From the NCBI RefSeq assembly GCF_032444005.1, contig NC_091286.1, positions 433,814,001 to 433,878,000 of the forward strand: a DNA stretch of 64,000 nucleotides, given 5' to 3'. Positions 1 to 10,740 of this stretch are shown here, piece after piece; position 1 is the first letter of the stretch; each line of letters opens with the position of its first letter. The notes below the pieces were generated by a model, which saw only the letters and a list, made by a program, of their open reading frames with translations, was not told where the DNA came from and did no database searches. The stretch is from Ranitomeya imitator. Its lineage: Eukaryota. The translations under genes and the position numbers were made by a program.

Positions 1-2452
1 CCCTTCACTACTAGGGCAGCCCCTTCTTGAACTAAATGTTTGCCTGTGAATGGATGTAGGGTGTCATATCATTATGGGGCTGAATGTGGACTTACAGCTT
101 TAATTAATAATTTACTATGTATTGGGAAAAAGGAACTCCAACATCAAAGGGGCGATTATTGAGTTAGAAGACATGGCCACTTTCCTAGGGAAAACTGCAA
201 TAATAGGCACAATGCATGGTTCCTGTATTCTAATCCTCTACTTAATTTACCATAATCTTATTTGGAAGATTTCCTTTGTCAAATTCATTTTTGCAGAGTT
301 GAAATGGATTTTGCTATTGCATCTGAGAGAAGCACTATGTACGGGCAAAGACTTTGATTCCAGCAATGTGTCACTTACTAGGCTGTTTACTGCACACACA
401 CCAATTTTAAGCAAGGTCATGCCATTTTGCCGGACAACGCGCAGAAAGGGTCTAAAACACTTTACAAACATAGTCCAAGTCATGAAAGGCATTTTATGGA
501 GAGAATTGTGTCAGAATCTTGATAAATCTCAACAGTGTATGCTGGGCCTAACAGATTTACAATGGCGGGGACGGTACGTTCAGCCACAATGCACATTTCC
601 TGCCCTAATGCAGAATACCAAAGTGGGTTAAAGAGTGATCTGGTTAAAATACTAATTTCCACTCCCTTCAGAAGTGCACCCTGGAGAATGCACAGCTCGG
701 TGCATGCAGAACACTAATGTGGACATATTTTCAGCTTGATTAAAATGTCGCTCTATTAATTGGACTAAGTGCAGTGGGGGGAATTGACACACAAATTCTG
801 TTAATGACTCCAGTTATATTGCGGGTGAGATCATGGAGTAATCCTGCATTTAGGTGAATGGTTATTGATGATGGGATTTCCCGCTCTGCAGATCAACACA
901 TCATGTTCCCTCCTGATTTTAAGGATTATCCCTTATTACGATTAAAGCCACAAAACTAGATTAGGATGAAAAATAAAATATGACTTTTAACAAGTGAATG
1001 TTGACTGAATCTGCATTGCCGTGCTTACGGTTCATCGTGCTTAGAATTACAAATTCAATGATAAAGTTTCTTGAGTTATTAGAAACATGATGAGAAGTTG
1101 TCTTACACAATAAATACACATTGCTCCATGCATAGGAATTCATGTAATCTCATTCTATACAATGGTAACATATCACATGGCTGAACAGAACCATAGATTA
1201 GACCATACAATGGTGATATACCAACCACAGAGATAAACCAGGTGACTTCTATCTTTGCAACTTCTTGGGGACGGAGGGCCTGTCAAATTTCTTGTGTTGC
1301 ATTCACTAACACTATCATAAATGGGGTTTTCTACTACTTTATCAAGTGCAAAGAAAAGATGGATAGAACTTGTGTTTAATACATCATATTAAAAGTGAGG
1401 TTACAGGAAAAGGGAAAAAGTGCTACACGTGCAGGCAATGACCATGTCACAGTCACTAGTGCTTCTACAGGCCTTTTATTCAGCACTCAAAGAAGCACTA
1501 GTGAGTGCGAAACGGCCATTGCTAGCACATTGTATTTTATCCTCTTGCTTGTAAACTCATGTTTAATGTGACATAATAAAGAAGAGTTTACCATATTTGT
1601 AGAGTGCCGCTGGAAATTCTTTACCCTCGATATGAATATTTGGAACACTTCCTCAATGGCTGAGGACCTCCTCCTGGAATAAGGTAGCACAACCTGATCA
1701 GAGAGAACGCAATCTTCATTGGATAATAGAAGTCAACGGGATCCAAAGTAGTGACAAGTGGTTTTGCTTGTTTTTTTGTTTTTTTACTAGTATGATATAA
1801 ATGTGCTATCCCAGTGTTGGACTGATGTGCCAGCGGCCCACTAGTAACACTGATATTGGGGGTCCACTGTTCAGCTACATGCAATATTATCCATAAATTC
1901 ACTTAAGCTTTTATTTAAAATTAAGGTGGGTAGTTTGTTAAAAGAATGATGAGATGCTCCCTTTGTCTGTAAGTGCTGCAATAAGTGTACTGCCACAACA
2001 CAGCTCATGTGGGCGACCTACTCCTACCCAGGGGTCCGTCAGAGGATTCACCTGATACCCAATGGGCCAGTGCGATCCTGGCGAATCCTGTTTATTGTCC
2101 GCTGTCAGATACTCATGATCAGGTCTTATAATTTCAATAGAGGCAGATCTGCAATACCCAGCAGCAGAGCTCTGAACAAGGTTTACATCTGGATGTTGCC
2201 AGCAATGGTAACAGCTGATCGGTGTTGTGCCAGGTATCAAGCTGATCTGTCCCATGGATAAGTCATCAATATTTTAAACGTGAAAAACTCCTTTAAAAGG
2301 TTCATACATCCACTAATGACTTTAGTAATCTTATTTTCCATTCAAGAGGCACTGGTGTGTAATAGGTTCACACTATATGCAGGTGTTACATGTTTAGCTG
2401 AAATGTATGATAATCTCCCCTAGACATAAGCCCAGAGCTTGCATATAACTAA

Positions 2453-3618
2453 GAGTGCTTTCACATTGCGCTTCTGCACCCGTTCAATGGCCCCGTCAGG
2501 GTTACGTCCTAACTCCCCCGCAAAATAGGGATCGGATGTATGCCCCAACGGGACCATAGATCATAATGGTGACGGCAGAACGAACATGCGCTCTGACTTG
2601 TATAGTTTTCAGGTGTATATGTAAGCGGAAGAACAAGATCGGGTATACCTTTCTCACATTGGTTACGGAACTACCAGGACTGTCATCAATGTTGCAGGGG
2701 GGAAAATTTTCAGACAGGGACCGATCCTTGCATGTGACTTCGGTAGGCAGGGCCGATTTAAAAAATGCTGCGTGCAGGAAAGGAGACAGAGTCGATGCGG
2801 TAAAGCTAAGCGGACAGTCAGGTGCAGTGTTAGCGGTGACTGCAGAGCACCTCTTGAGCGCAGGCTAACTTCACAGATCCCCTGCGTATCGGTCTACTGT
2901 AAGTGGACGACAGGCTGCCAGTTTCCCACTAATCTGCATGCCTGGAGGCGACTCTGAGTTGAGACCAGTGACTAACGTGCGCACAGCACAGTGAGAAGCA
3001 GGTGACTAGGCCAGAGCCCCTTAGCCAGGTACCTGTGTACACTGTTGAGCGAGGCTTTGTTCCGGCAGTACTTCGTACTGGACTGAGCACAGCATTTGGC
3101 ATTTGGAAGTGCAGGAGCACTCCGCATACTTCAAAGACCCATCACCCGCTCCATGGATTGGAATCCCGCCTCTACAGACACCTGAGATTTCACGTGCCGC
3201 TGTTGTTGGTGCGACCGTTGGAGAACCGAGACGCTGCAATCAAGAATACTACAGACTGATAAGTTTTATTGCCTTTGTTTCTTCCTACTGATCTATAATT
3301 TGTCCCTGTCCCTTCCTAGCTCCCAGTTCTGCCCTACTCCCTTACACTCCCTGCGTGGAGTATACGTGTGGTTAATAAACCTGTTAACTCTTGATCTGCC
3401 TCCTGTCTGTGACGACATCTCACATTCCTACATATACACCGACAGTCTACTATATCTGAGTGTCCGCTTTTAGTAGGAGGACACTCCAGAAATGATGCAC
3501 GGCAGAGTGCATCACCATTACAGTCTACGGCTCCATTGGCACATTCTTGCGAACCCTGTTCAGACGTAAACCTAATTGCATCTATGCACCCTTTCAGTGG
3601 CCCAATGTGAAAGCACCG
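2453..3618. mobile_element. PIF/Harbinger-type non-autonomous element (MITE) with internal insertion
   Basis: TIRs gagtgctttcacattg / caatgtgaaagcaccg (14/16), TAA on both sides (2450-2452, 3619-3621); the arms are partly complementary (gtgtatatgtaag vs ctacatatacac). Confidence 0.6.
2680..3424 (+). mobile_element. LTR-like relic inside the MITE
   Basis: Non-palindromic block between the MITE arms, AATAAA at 3374, ends ...ctcaca. The left boundary and TSD are not resolved. Confidence 0.3.
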
Positions 3619-3975
3619 TAACACTAGGTGCCAATAAAAGCAAAAAAACAACAAAAAACATATATTGCTTTGATTTATTTTTCTGTGTTGTGGCTGTCGA
3701 ACAACCGCTAGACATGCAGGTATGGGAACTCGAACATATTATTCGAGCACACCACAATCACTCGGTTAGCCCCCGAGCATACTGGGATAACACCTTATTC
3801 AAGCATGTTACATCTATTACATCTATGGCATTTAATCCTGATCGCCGTGAGTAGTAATAGGGCACTGGTTACTTACTAGTAAAGCAATTTATTTCAATTT
3901 TTTTTACAACATACAGTAGTGCTTGAAAGTTTGTGAACTCTCCAGAGCTTGGCATTCTGGATAAATTTGACCTGA

Positions 3976-4167
3976 GGTAGGGGTCACGCTTGCGTGTGTA
4001 ATAGAGAAGCTCGCGTCAGTCTCTCGCATTAATACCCGGCACTGCCGGAGTGTGCGGCTGCATAGAAATACATGTAGTCGCAAACTCCATTCCCAAGCGC
4101 CGGTGGCAGCGCCGGGGATATTGATGCATGAGTTTCTCGCATTACACACACAAGTGTGACACCGGCC
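3976..4167. mobile_element. Palindromic Harbinger-type MITE
   Basis: Arms complementary (ggtcacgcttgcgtgtgtaat / attacacacacaagtgtgac); flanks tga/taa. Confidence 0.6.
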
Positions 4168-4175
4168 TAAAACTG

Positions 4176-4513
4176 CAATACTGTGCAAAAGTTTTAGGCA
4201 GGTGTGACAAATTGTTGCAACATAAGAATGCTTTCAAAATTAGAAGTGTTTGTTTTTATCAATTAACAAAATGAAAAGTGAATGAACAGAAATCAAATCA
4301 GTATTTGGTGAGACCATCCTTTGTCTTCAAAGTAGCGATGACGTATCACATCTACTAGGTACTCAAGCACGCAATTTTTGAAGGAGCTACACTGTTCCCA
4401 ACATTATTTTGCATTTTGTTAACTGATAAAAAAAAACTACACTTCTATTTTTGGAAGCTTTCTTACTCTGCAGCATTTTTTCCACACCTGCCTAAAACTT
4501 TTGCACAGTGCTG
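4176..4513. mobile_element. Internally deleted Tc1/mariner element
   Basis: ~31-bp TIR ca(a/g)(t/c)actgtgcaaaagttttaggcaggtgtg at both ends; TA at the right end. Confidence 0.7.
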
Positions 4514-5291
4514 TACATCATATTTTTCACACAGGAAAATGATTCACTAATCTGTGAATGGCTGCGAATGGCAATAGTATGTGAACCTTTGCTTTCAGAA
4601 TTTGGTGTGCCCCTCCCCCCCCCCCTAGTGCAGCAATAACTGCATCTAAACATTTTGTTGTTGATTGGTCCTTCACATCAGCTTGGAGGAATTTTAGCCA
4701 ATTCTCCTTAAAAAAAAAAACAGCTTCATCTTGGTTATGATGGATTTTCTGCCTGCCATAACCTGCTCGCTTCTGGTCCTTTCATAACATTCCTGCAGGA
4801 TTGAGGTAAGGATCCTGACTTGACCATTCCAGAACTGTAACTTTACTCTTCTTTAATCATTCTTTTGTAGAAAGACTTGTGGGTCCTTTTTGCTGTATGA
4901 GCCACGTTCTCTTAAGATTCAGCTCAAGGACAATTGTCTTAACATTTTCCTTTCAAATTATCTAATAAAATTTAGAATTGATTGTTCCATCAATGATGGC
5001 AAGTAATTCTGGCTTAGATGCAGAAAAACTGAATTGCAGTACAAAGTATAAGCAATCAAGCAATTTTGCGTTCAAAACCCTTAAAAGGACTTGGAAATAA
5101 TTAAAAAATGAACAAAAAAACCCCCCAAAAAACTGAGAAGTCGAATAACCACCCTTGTACTCCTTTACAAACTCAAGGAAAGTGCATTCTGGAGCATATT
5201 CTTGATGCAGTTCCTCTGTTATTTCTCATAGAAATGTATTAATAACTTGGCAAACAAGTGTTACCATTCAACATGGTGCGGAAGTACCTAA

Positions 5292-5766
5292 GGCCTCTTT
5301 CACACTTCAGTCAAATAGCGAACCCGCCATTTTTCTGGGGGGCGGATCCGCTATTTTCCCATAGACTTGCATTAGCGACGGATTGTGGTGGATGGTCGTC
5401 CATTCCATCCACCATGTGACGGATCCGTCGAAATTTGGCAGACGTCATCTAGACATTGATGGACATTGCAAAGTTTTTTGTCTGCGCCGAAATGGCGGTT
5501 CGCGACGGATCCGTCATGTCCGCCATTTCATAGAATGGCCGCCTATGGGCGACGGATCAGTTGCGACCGTCATTTGGCGGATCCGTCACACCAATCCGCT
5601 TTTTCAATTGAGCATGCTCCAAAAAGTACATATTTTTCCCAGATACATGAATGCGTCAAAAAAACGGATCCGTTAGAACCGTTTGCTCAACAATTTTGAC
5701 GGATCCGTCGATCCATCACAATGTCGGAGCAGACTGATGCCAAACAACTGAAGTGTGAAAGAAGCC
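5292..5766. mobile_element. PIF/Harbinger-type MITE
   Basis: TIR ggc(c/t)tctttcacacttcagt, TAA TSD (5289-5291, 5767-5769), repeated internal GACGGATCCGTC palindromes. Confidence 0.8.
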
Positions 5767-6635
5767 TAAGGTCTGACAGTCCAGGGAACCAACTTTGACA
5801 AGTGAAATGGTAATTGTTACGGTATCTAGTGCTGGTTCACATAGGTAGAATTAACACTGAGCATAGACTGATGACATAACCCAAGGATAGAGGATATGAA
5901 AATAACTCTTTAGCTAGACATTCCCGCTTCCAGAGGCATCGATGTCACATCTACAGATATGTGTCGGGTCACGTGTGAGTTGCAGATATCATGTACCTGT
6001 CCTATGTTAATGAATCCGACAGGTGCAGGATACCTGCTGCTCAGAGACGACCCAGCAGACGGCCATAGATGTGAGGTCACTGGCCCTTCTCAACTCCCAA
6101 TGCTGAAGCGAGTGACGCCAGGATAACCCTTCAGTGACATATGATATGATATTAATCTGGTAGGCACAAATTATTAGGGCAAGGTTGGGGCACTGCACGA
6201 TTCTTCACGAGAGCGAAGCTCCATATTTATCCAGATACTGAATGTTATACTCGTGCACAAAGCCTTGGGGAAACAATGCTACCAATTTATATTTGCAGAG
6301 TTCAGCAGTAATTTGATGTTCAGTAAGCATAATTTCAGAATATCCTTTTTCCTCCTCTTTTATCATTGTGAAGGGACGGCATTTTTTTTTATTGTCGTCC
6401 ACACTATACAGTACAAATATAAACTTCCAATATTTTCTTACATATAATTTAGTACATATTGCATCGCCTTCTCTGAAATCTGAAGTTTTATCATTCGCTA
6501 GTATGTTGAATGTCAAGCGTTGTCTCATATTGTAACATAAATCTCATATATTTACTAATAGAAAGAAAGTTCATATTAATTGCTTGCCTTCCATAGTTTT
6601 ATCAACTAAAAACTGAATTTCGGTGAAGCTTTTAA

Positions 6636-6909
6636 AGAGAATCTGTCAGCAGGATTTCACCCCTCAAACTCTTTCTATCAGTATGGAGCTCTTTCTAAAA
6701 TAAGTCCAGCAATACCTTTACATGGCCGGTCTGGTCCTTCGTTACTGAGAAATCAGAGTTTGAATTAATATGCAAATGAGGCTAAAGAGCTATTTGTAGA
6801 TCTGAAACCTCTGTCACTCCAGCTCTATTACCCCTACCCAGCGGCAACCTTCTCCTGCACATGCACATACCAATAGTTTTGGAGATAAAATCCTGCCTAC
6901 AGATTTCCT
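6636..6909. mobile_element. Kolobok/T2-type MITE
   Basis: TTAA on both sides, TIR ag(a/g)(g/a)aatctgt(ca/ag)gcaggattt; homologous to 45005-47293; contains ATGCAAAT at 6770-6777. Confidence 0.75.
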
Positions 6910-7410
6910 TTAAAGCCATTGCACGTACAGTCGTACAGTAGGTTATGGTTATTATTTGCTGCTGACTTTTCAGATTTCTATAAGATGGCATTGGCTACTC
7001 GTATGTAGATACGGTGTCACATTATTGAACAATCCCTCGAGTGCTGTCATTTTTATATAACTTTCCTTCTGAAATTTTACAAGCAGTAATAACAAGAAAA
7101 TGATTTGGAAAGTGTTACTCTGCATACTGGAAAGGCTTCCTGCTGCCAGACCCTTCTTTGACACTTGGTGTTGTTACGTTCACATGAATTATGAGTTTGT
7201 TATTTTAGCTCTAGATCAGCTGCTTTGTCAGTGCTGAATTCCCATGTGCCTGCCTCAAATGCTCAAGTCAGCACATTCAAGGCAGACAGCTTTGGAAAGG
7301 CTGTGCAAGGCTGAACATGCAGATTTAACTCATTGGATATACAGTATGCGACTCTCATGCAAAACATGACCACTGCCTTATTAGATCTTGTCCAGGTGCA
7401 ATGACATTAA

Positions 7411-8773
7411 AGGGAATCTGTCACCTCATTTTTCACATATAAACTGCGGCCACCGCCATAAGGGGCTTATCTACAGCATTCTGTTATGCTGTAGATAAGC
7501 CCCCTGATGTAACCTGGAAGATGAGAAAAACAAGTTAGATCATACTTACCCATGGGCGGTCCGGTCCGATGGGTGTCGCAGGTCCGGGTCCAGCACCTCC
7601 TATCTTCATGCAATGACGTACTCTTCCTTGCTTCCGTAGCGGCTCCTGCGCAGGCGTACTGATGTGCTCTGATGAGGGCAGAGCAAAGTACTGCAGTGCG
7701 CAGGCACCGGGAAAGGTCAAAGAGGCCAGGCATCAACGCTCTGCAGTACTTTGTTCTCAACAGGGCAGACAGGAAGCAAAGAAGAGGACGTCATCGTATG
7801 AAGATGGGAGGGCTGGACCTGGCCCTGTGACGTCCATTGGACCCGGACCACACTGAACCGCCCCTGGGTGAGTGTAATCTAACTTGTTTTTCTTTCAGGT
7901 TACATCGGGGGGGCTTATCTACAGCATTACAGAATGCTGTAGACAAGCCCCTAATGGAGGTGGCCACAGCTTATATACGAAAAAATAGGTGACAGATTGT
8001 TAGGTGTCGAGTTCCCACCGCTTCACAAGGGGAATTTCGAACCATGTCTGCTGCGGTCTCCCATTCTCCTCCAGCCGCAGTGGAGCCTGCTCAGCAGAGA
8101 CGTCGGTCCCACCATGTGGTTCAGGCTGATATTGGACGACTGGTTACTACTGCCCTTCCAGGCTCTGTCATTGTAGCCAGCAATGTTCAGCAGCGAGCAA
8201 GTCTTTCTGGGACTAAGTCCCGCTTTTCCCATACTGAGCATGCCCACGGGACGACCTCCCATTGGAGGTCTGGGGTCACATGCTCAGGTCCTGTAGCAGC
8301 TCCTATTGGACCACCAGGAAGGTCCTTATCTGATACAGCTAGTATCAACCTATGTTTTGAGCCTTGCTATTGTGTGGTCATGTTTGCATGAGGTCAGGGT
8401 TGGCTGAAATAAGCCACTAGAATACCGGCACCTCCGGTGGGGAGTTTTGTGTGTTTGAATTCAGGTCTTGGCTGAAATAAGCCCCTAGAATACCGACACC
8501 TCTGGTGAGGAGTTGTTTGTGTGCTATGCTAACTGCATGACCACAGTTTTGCTCTGTTTGGTAGCTGTGTTCCTCTGTGAGGTTAACAGGGCACAGCGTT
8601 TCCCTATCCTAGCGATTCTGTGAAGTAACAGAGTTTGCTAATACCGCCATATAGCGCCGCCAATTGCTAGCAGCCGTTTCCTCTCCTGCACGGTGGACCC
8701 CAGGTTGCGAACGGACCAATTACTACATATATTTATGCTCGGTACGTTCCACCAACCCTAACACAAATTCCCT
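7411..8773. mobile_element. Kolobok/T2-type palindromic MITE whose right TIR is split by a solo LTR
   Basis: TTAA TSD (7407-7410, 8774-8777); left TIR agggaatctgtcacct; the right TIR aggtgacagat|tccct is rejoined after removing 7998-8768. Confidence 0.8.
7998..8763. mobile_element. Solo LTR (766 bp)
   Basis: TGTTAGG...CCTAACA termini; 5-bp TSD cagat/caaat (1 mismatch); internal ~68-bp duplication at about 8394-8523. Confidence 0.8.
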
Positions 8774-9247
8774 TTAAGGTCTCTGTCATCTATAGAAAAT
8801 AAGCCCAACTAATTTCCACCCCTTACAGCCTCCACTATGTTATTCTTAACTCATGTATAAAAATGTTTTAGACTTACAAAGTACCCTATGTATAAAAAAA
8901 ATCAATGAATACTTGACAGCACTGTAAAATTCTTGTACAAGTCTGATATTCCAGCTCTTGTTTGTAAATATTATGGGCTGAAAACTATTTGACATGTCAC
9001 AAAACTACAATCACATGTCTAAGGCAAATTTCACATGTCCATTCACGGTCTATGGACAGCGATCTCCAGACCAGCTGTGGGTCTCCTAATCTGAACTCCA
9101 CAGCCTGATAGGCATGTATGAGGCTGCTGAGTTCAGTTCAGGAGACCCACGTCCACTTCGCCGTCTGTTCCTGGATCGTGAGTGTTAGGGTATGTGCAGA
9201 CATTTAGTATTTGCAGCAAATTGTTATAGTATTTGGATGCACACATA

Positions 9248-9425
9248 CAGTTGTGCTCAAAAGTTTACATAGCCCGGCAGAATTCTTGGCCTTTTTTCAG
9301 AGAATATGAATAATACCAAAACTTTTTCTCCACTCATGGTTAATGGTTGGGTGAAGCCACTTATTGTCAAACTACTGTGTTTTCTCTTTTTAAATCATAA
9401 TGACAGCCAAACAAATCCAAATGAC
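9248..9425. mobile_element. Tc1-like TIR fragment
   Basis: TA + cagttgtgctcaaaagtttacat; no partner end found. Confidence 0.45.
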
Positions 9426-9815
9426 ATTATTTCTTCTGGCGTTGCCACCCTTAGTCATGCTCTATTTTCTAGTATATTTACCGTTTGGCAGCGGTAATGG
9501 ATTGACGCACGCTCATAATTGGAATTACAGCCTACATTTTCGCAAGGTGAGGCTTTTCTTTTACCAATTTTGATTTTCCAAGTTTCTTCAGACAAAAAAA
9601 TACTAAAAAATTATTTATACGAGCATATAAGTAAAATAGATTTTCCATACAAATGAATAGGAAGAGTTTTACAAATATTTTTGTAGTGGTTATTAAAGAT
9701 AATAGACTCCAAAAAACCTTCAAAAACATTGTGTTAACAGTCTTAATAAGGGGTTGTCCAGTAGTGATCTAACCCTTTACGCAATTTCCCAATGATAAGG
9801 TGATCATTAGGGGTC

Positions 9816-10562
9816 TGTTGTGGATTCTGTTTTTGGGCTCCCTCTGGTGGTTACAGATGGTACTGGGTGACTTGTGTTCTCTGCGGTCTCTGGTGTCCAC
9901 CTGTTCTATCAGGATATGGGAGTTTCCTATTTAACCTGGCTTTCTTGTCATTTCCTCGCCGGCGATCAATGTAATCAGTGTGTCTTGTTACCTCTGCTTT
10001 CCGCTTCTGTAATCATCAGGACAAGCTAAGTTTTATTTTCCTGTTCCACGTTTTGCTTTATTTTTGTTTTAGTCCAGCTTGCAGTTATGTGATTCCTTGT
10101 TGCTGGTTGCTCTAGTGGGCTGATATTACTCCTCATGTTCCATGAGTTGGCACATGAGTTCAAGTAATTTCAGGATGGTTTTTTGTAGGGTTTTTCGCTG
10201 ACCACGCAGTTCACTTTTGTATCCTCTGCTATCTAGTTTTAGCGGGCCTCATTTTACTGAATCTGTTTTCATTACTACGTATGTGCTTTCCTCTCATTTC
10301 ACCGTCATTACATGTGGGGGGCTGCTATTTCTGTGGGGTGTTTCTCTGGAGGCAAGAGAGGTCTTTGTTTCTTCTAATAGGGGAAGCTAGTCCTTCGGCT
10401 GGCGCGAGACGTCTAGAATCATCGTAGGCACGTTCCCCGGCTACTGCTAGTGTTGTGAATTAGGTTCAGGATCGCGGTCAGCTCAGTTTCCATCACCCTA
10501 GAGCTTGTTCTGTTTTTTTTGTGCTTGTCCTTTTGTGATCCCCTGCCATTGGGATCATGACA
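9816..10562 (+). repeat. 5' LTR of element 1
   Basis: Direct repeat of 14803-15549; TATA-like tatttaa at 9928-9934. Confidence 0.97.
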
Positions 10563-10564
10563 GT

Positions 10565-10573
10565 ATCGCCGGC
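10565..10573 (+). promoter_or_regulatory. Primer-binding site of element 1 (self-priming type)
   Basis: ATCGCCGGC starts 2 nt after the LTR end, lacks the TGG tRNA signature and is the exact reverse complement of GCCGGCGAT at 9958-9966. Confidence 0.75.
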
Positions 10574-10740
10574 CCGAAAAGTGGTAATCGTATTGCTGAA
10601 GTAGGAGGAAAAGTAGTCTGAGGAAGGTTTTTTTTTTTTTTTTTCCCTTCCCTCAGAGTTTGCTGCCTAGCCTTAATTGCAGCCTGGCTGCGTCTTACCT
10701 CCTCTTAATCCTTGAATGGCTCTGACCTCAGCTGTTTATC

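Larger units (their letters stand above)
3914..5030 (-). mobile_element. Degraded Tc1-like transposon end, interrupted by two younger insertions
   Basis: TA + cagtagtgcttgaaagtttgtgaac is a Tc1-type TIR start; 4540-5030 resembles the decayed antisense 3' part of a Tc1 transposase. Confidence 0.5.

Noticed and set aside
122-631. 169-aa ORF at the window start
   Set aside because: Non-ATG start and no recognisable domain; only a possible acceptor at 296 without a convincing donor.
9990-10020. CTGATGA...GAAA on the minus strand of LTR 1
   Set aside because: The intervening 11 nt cannot form stem II.
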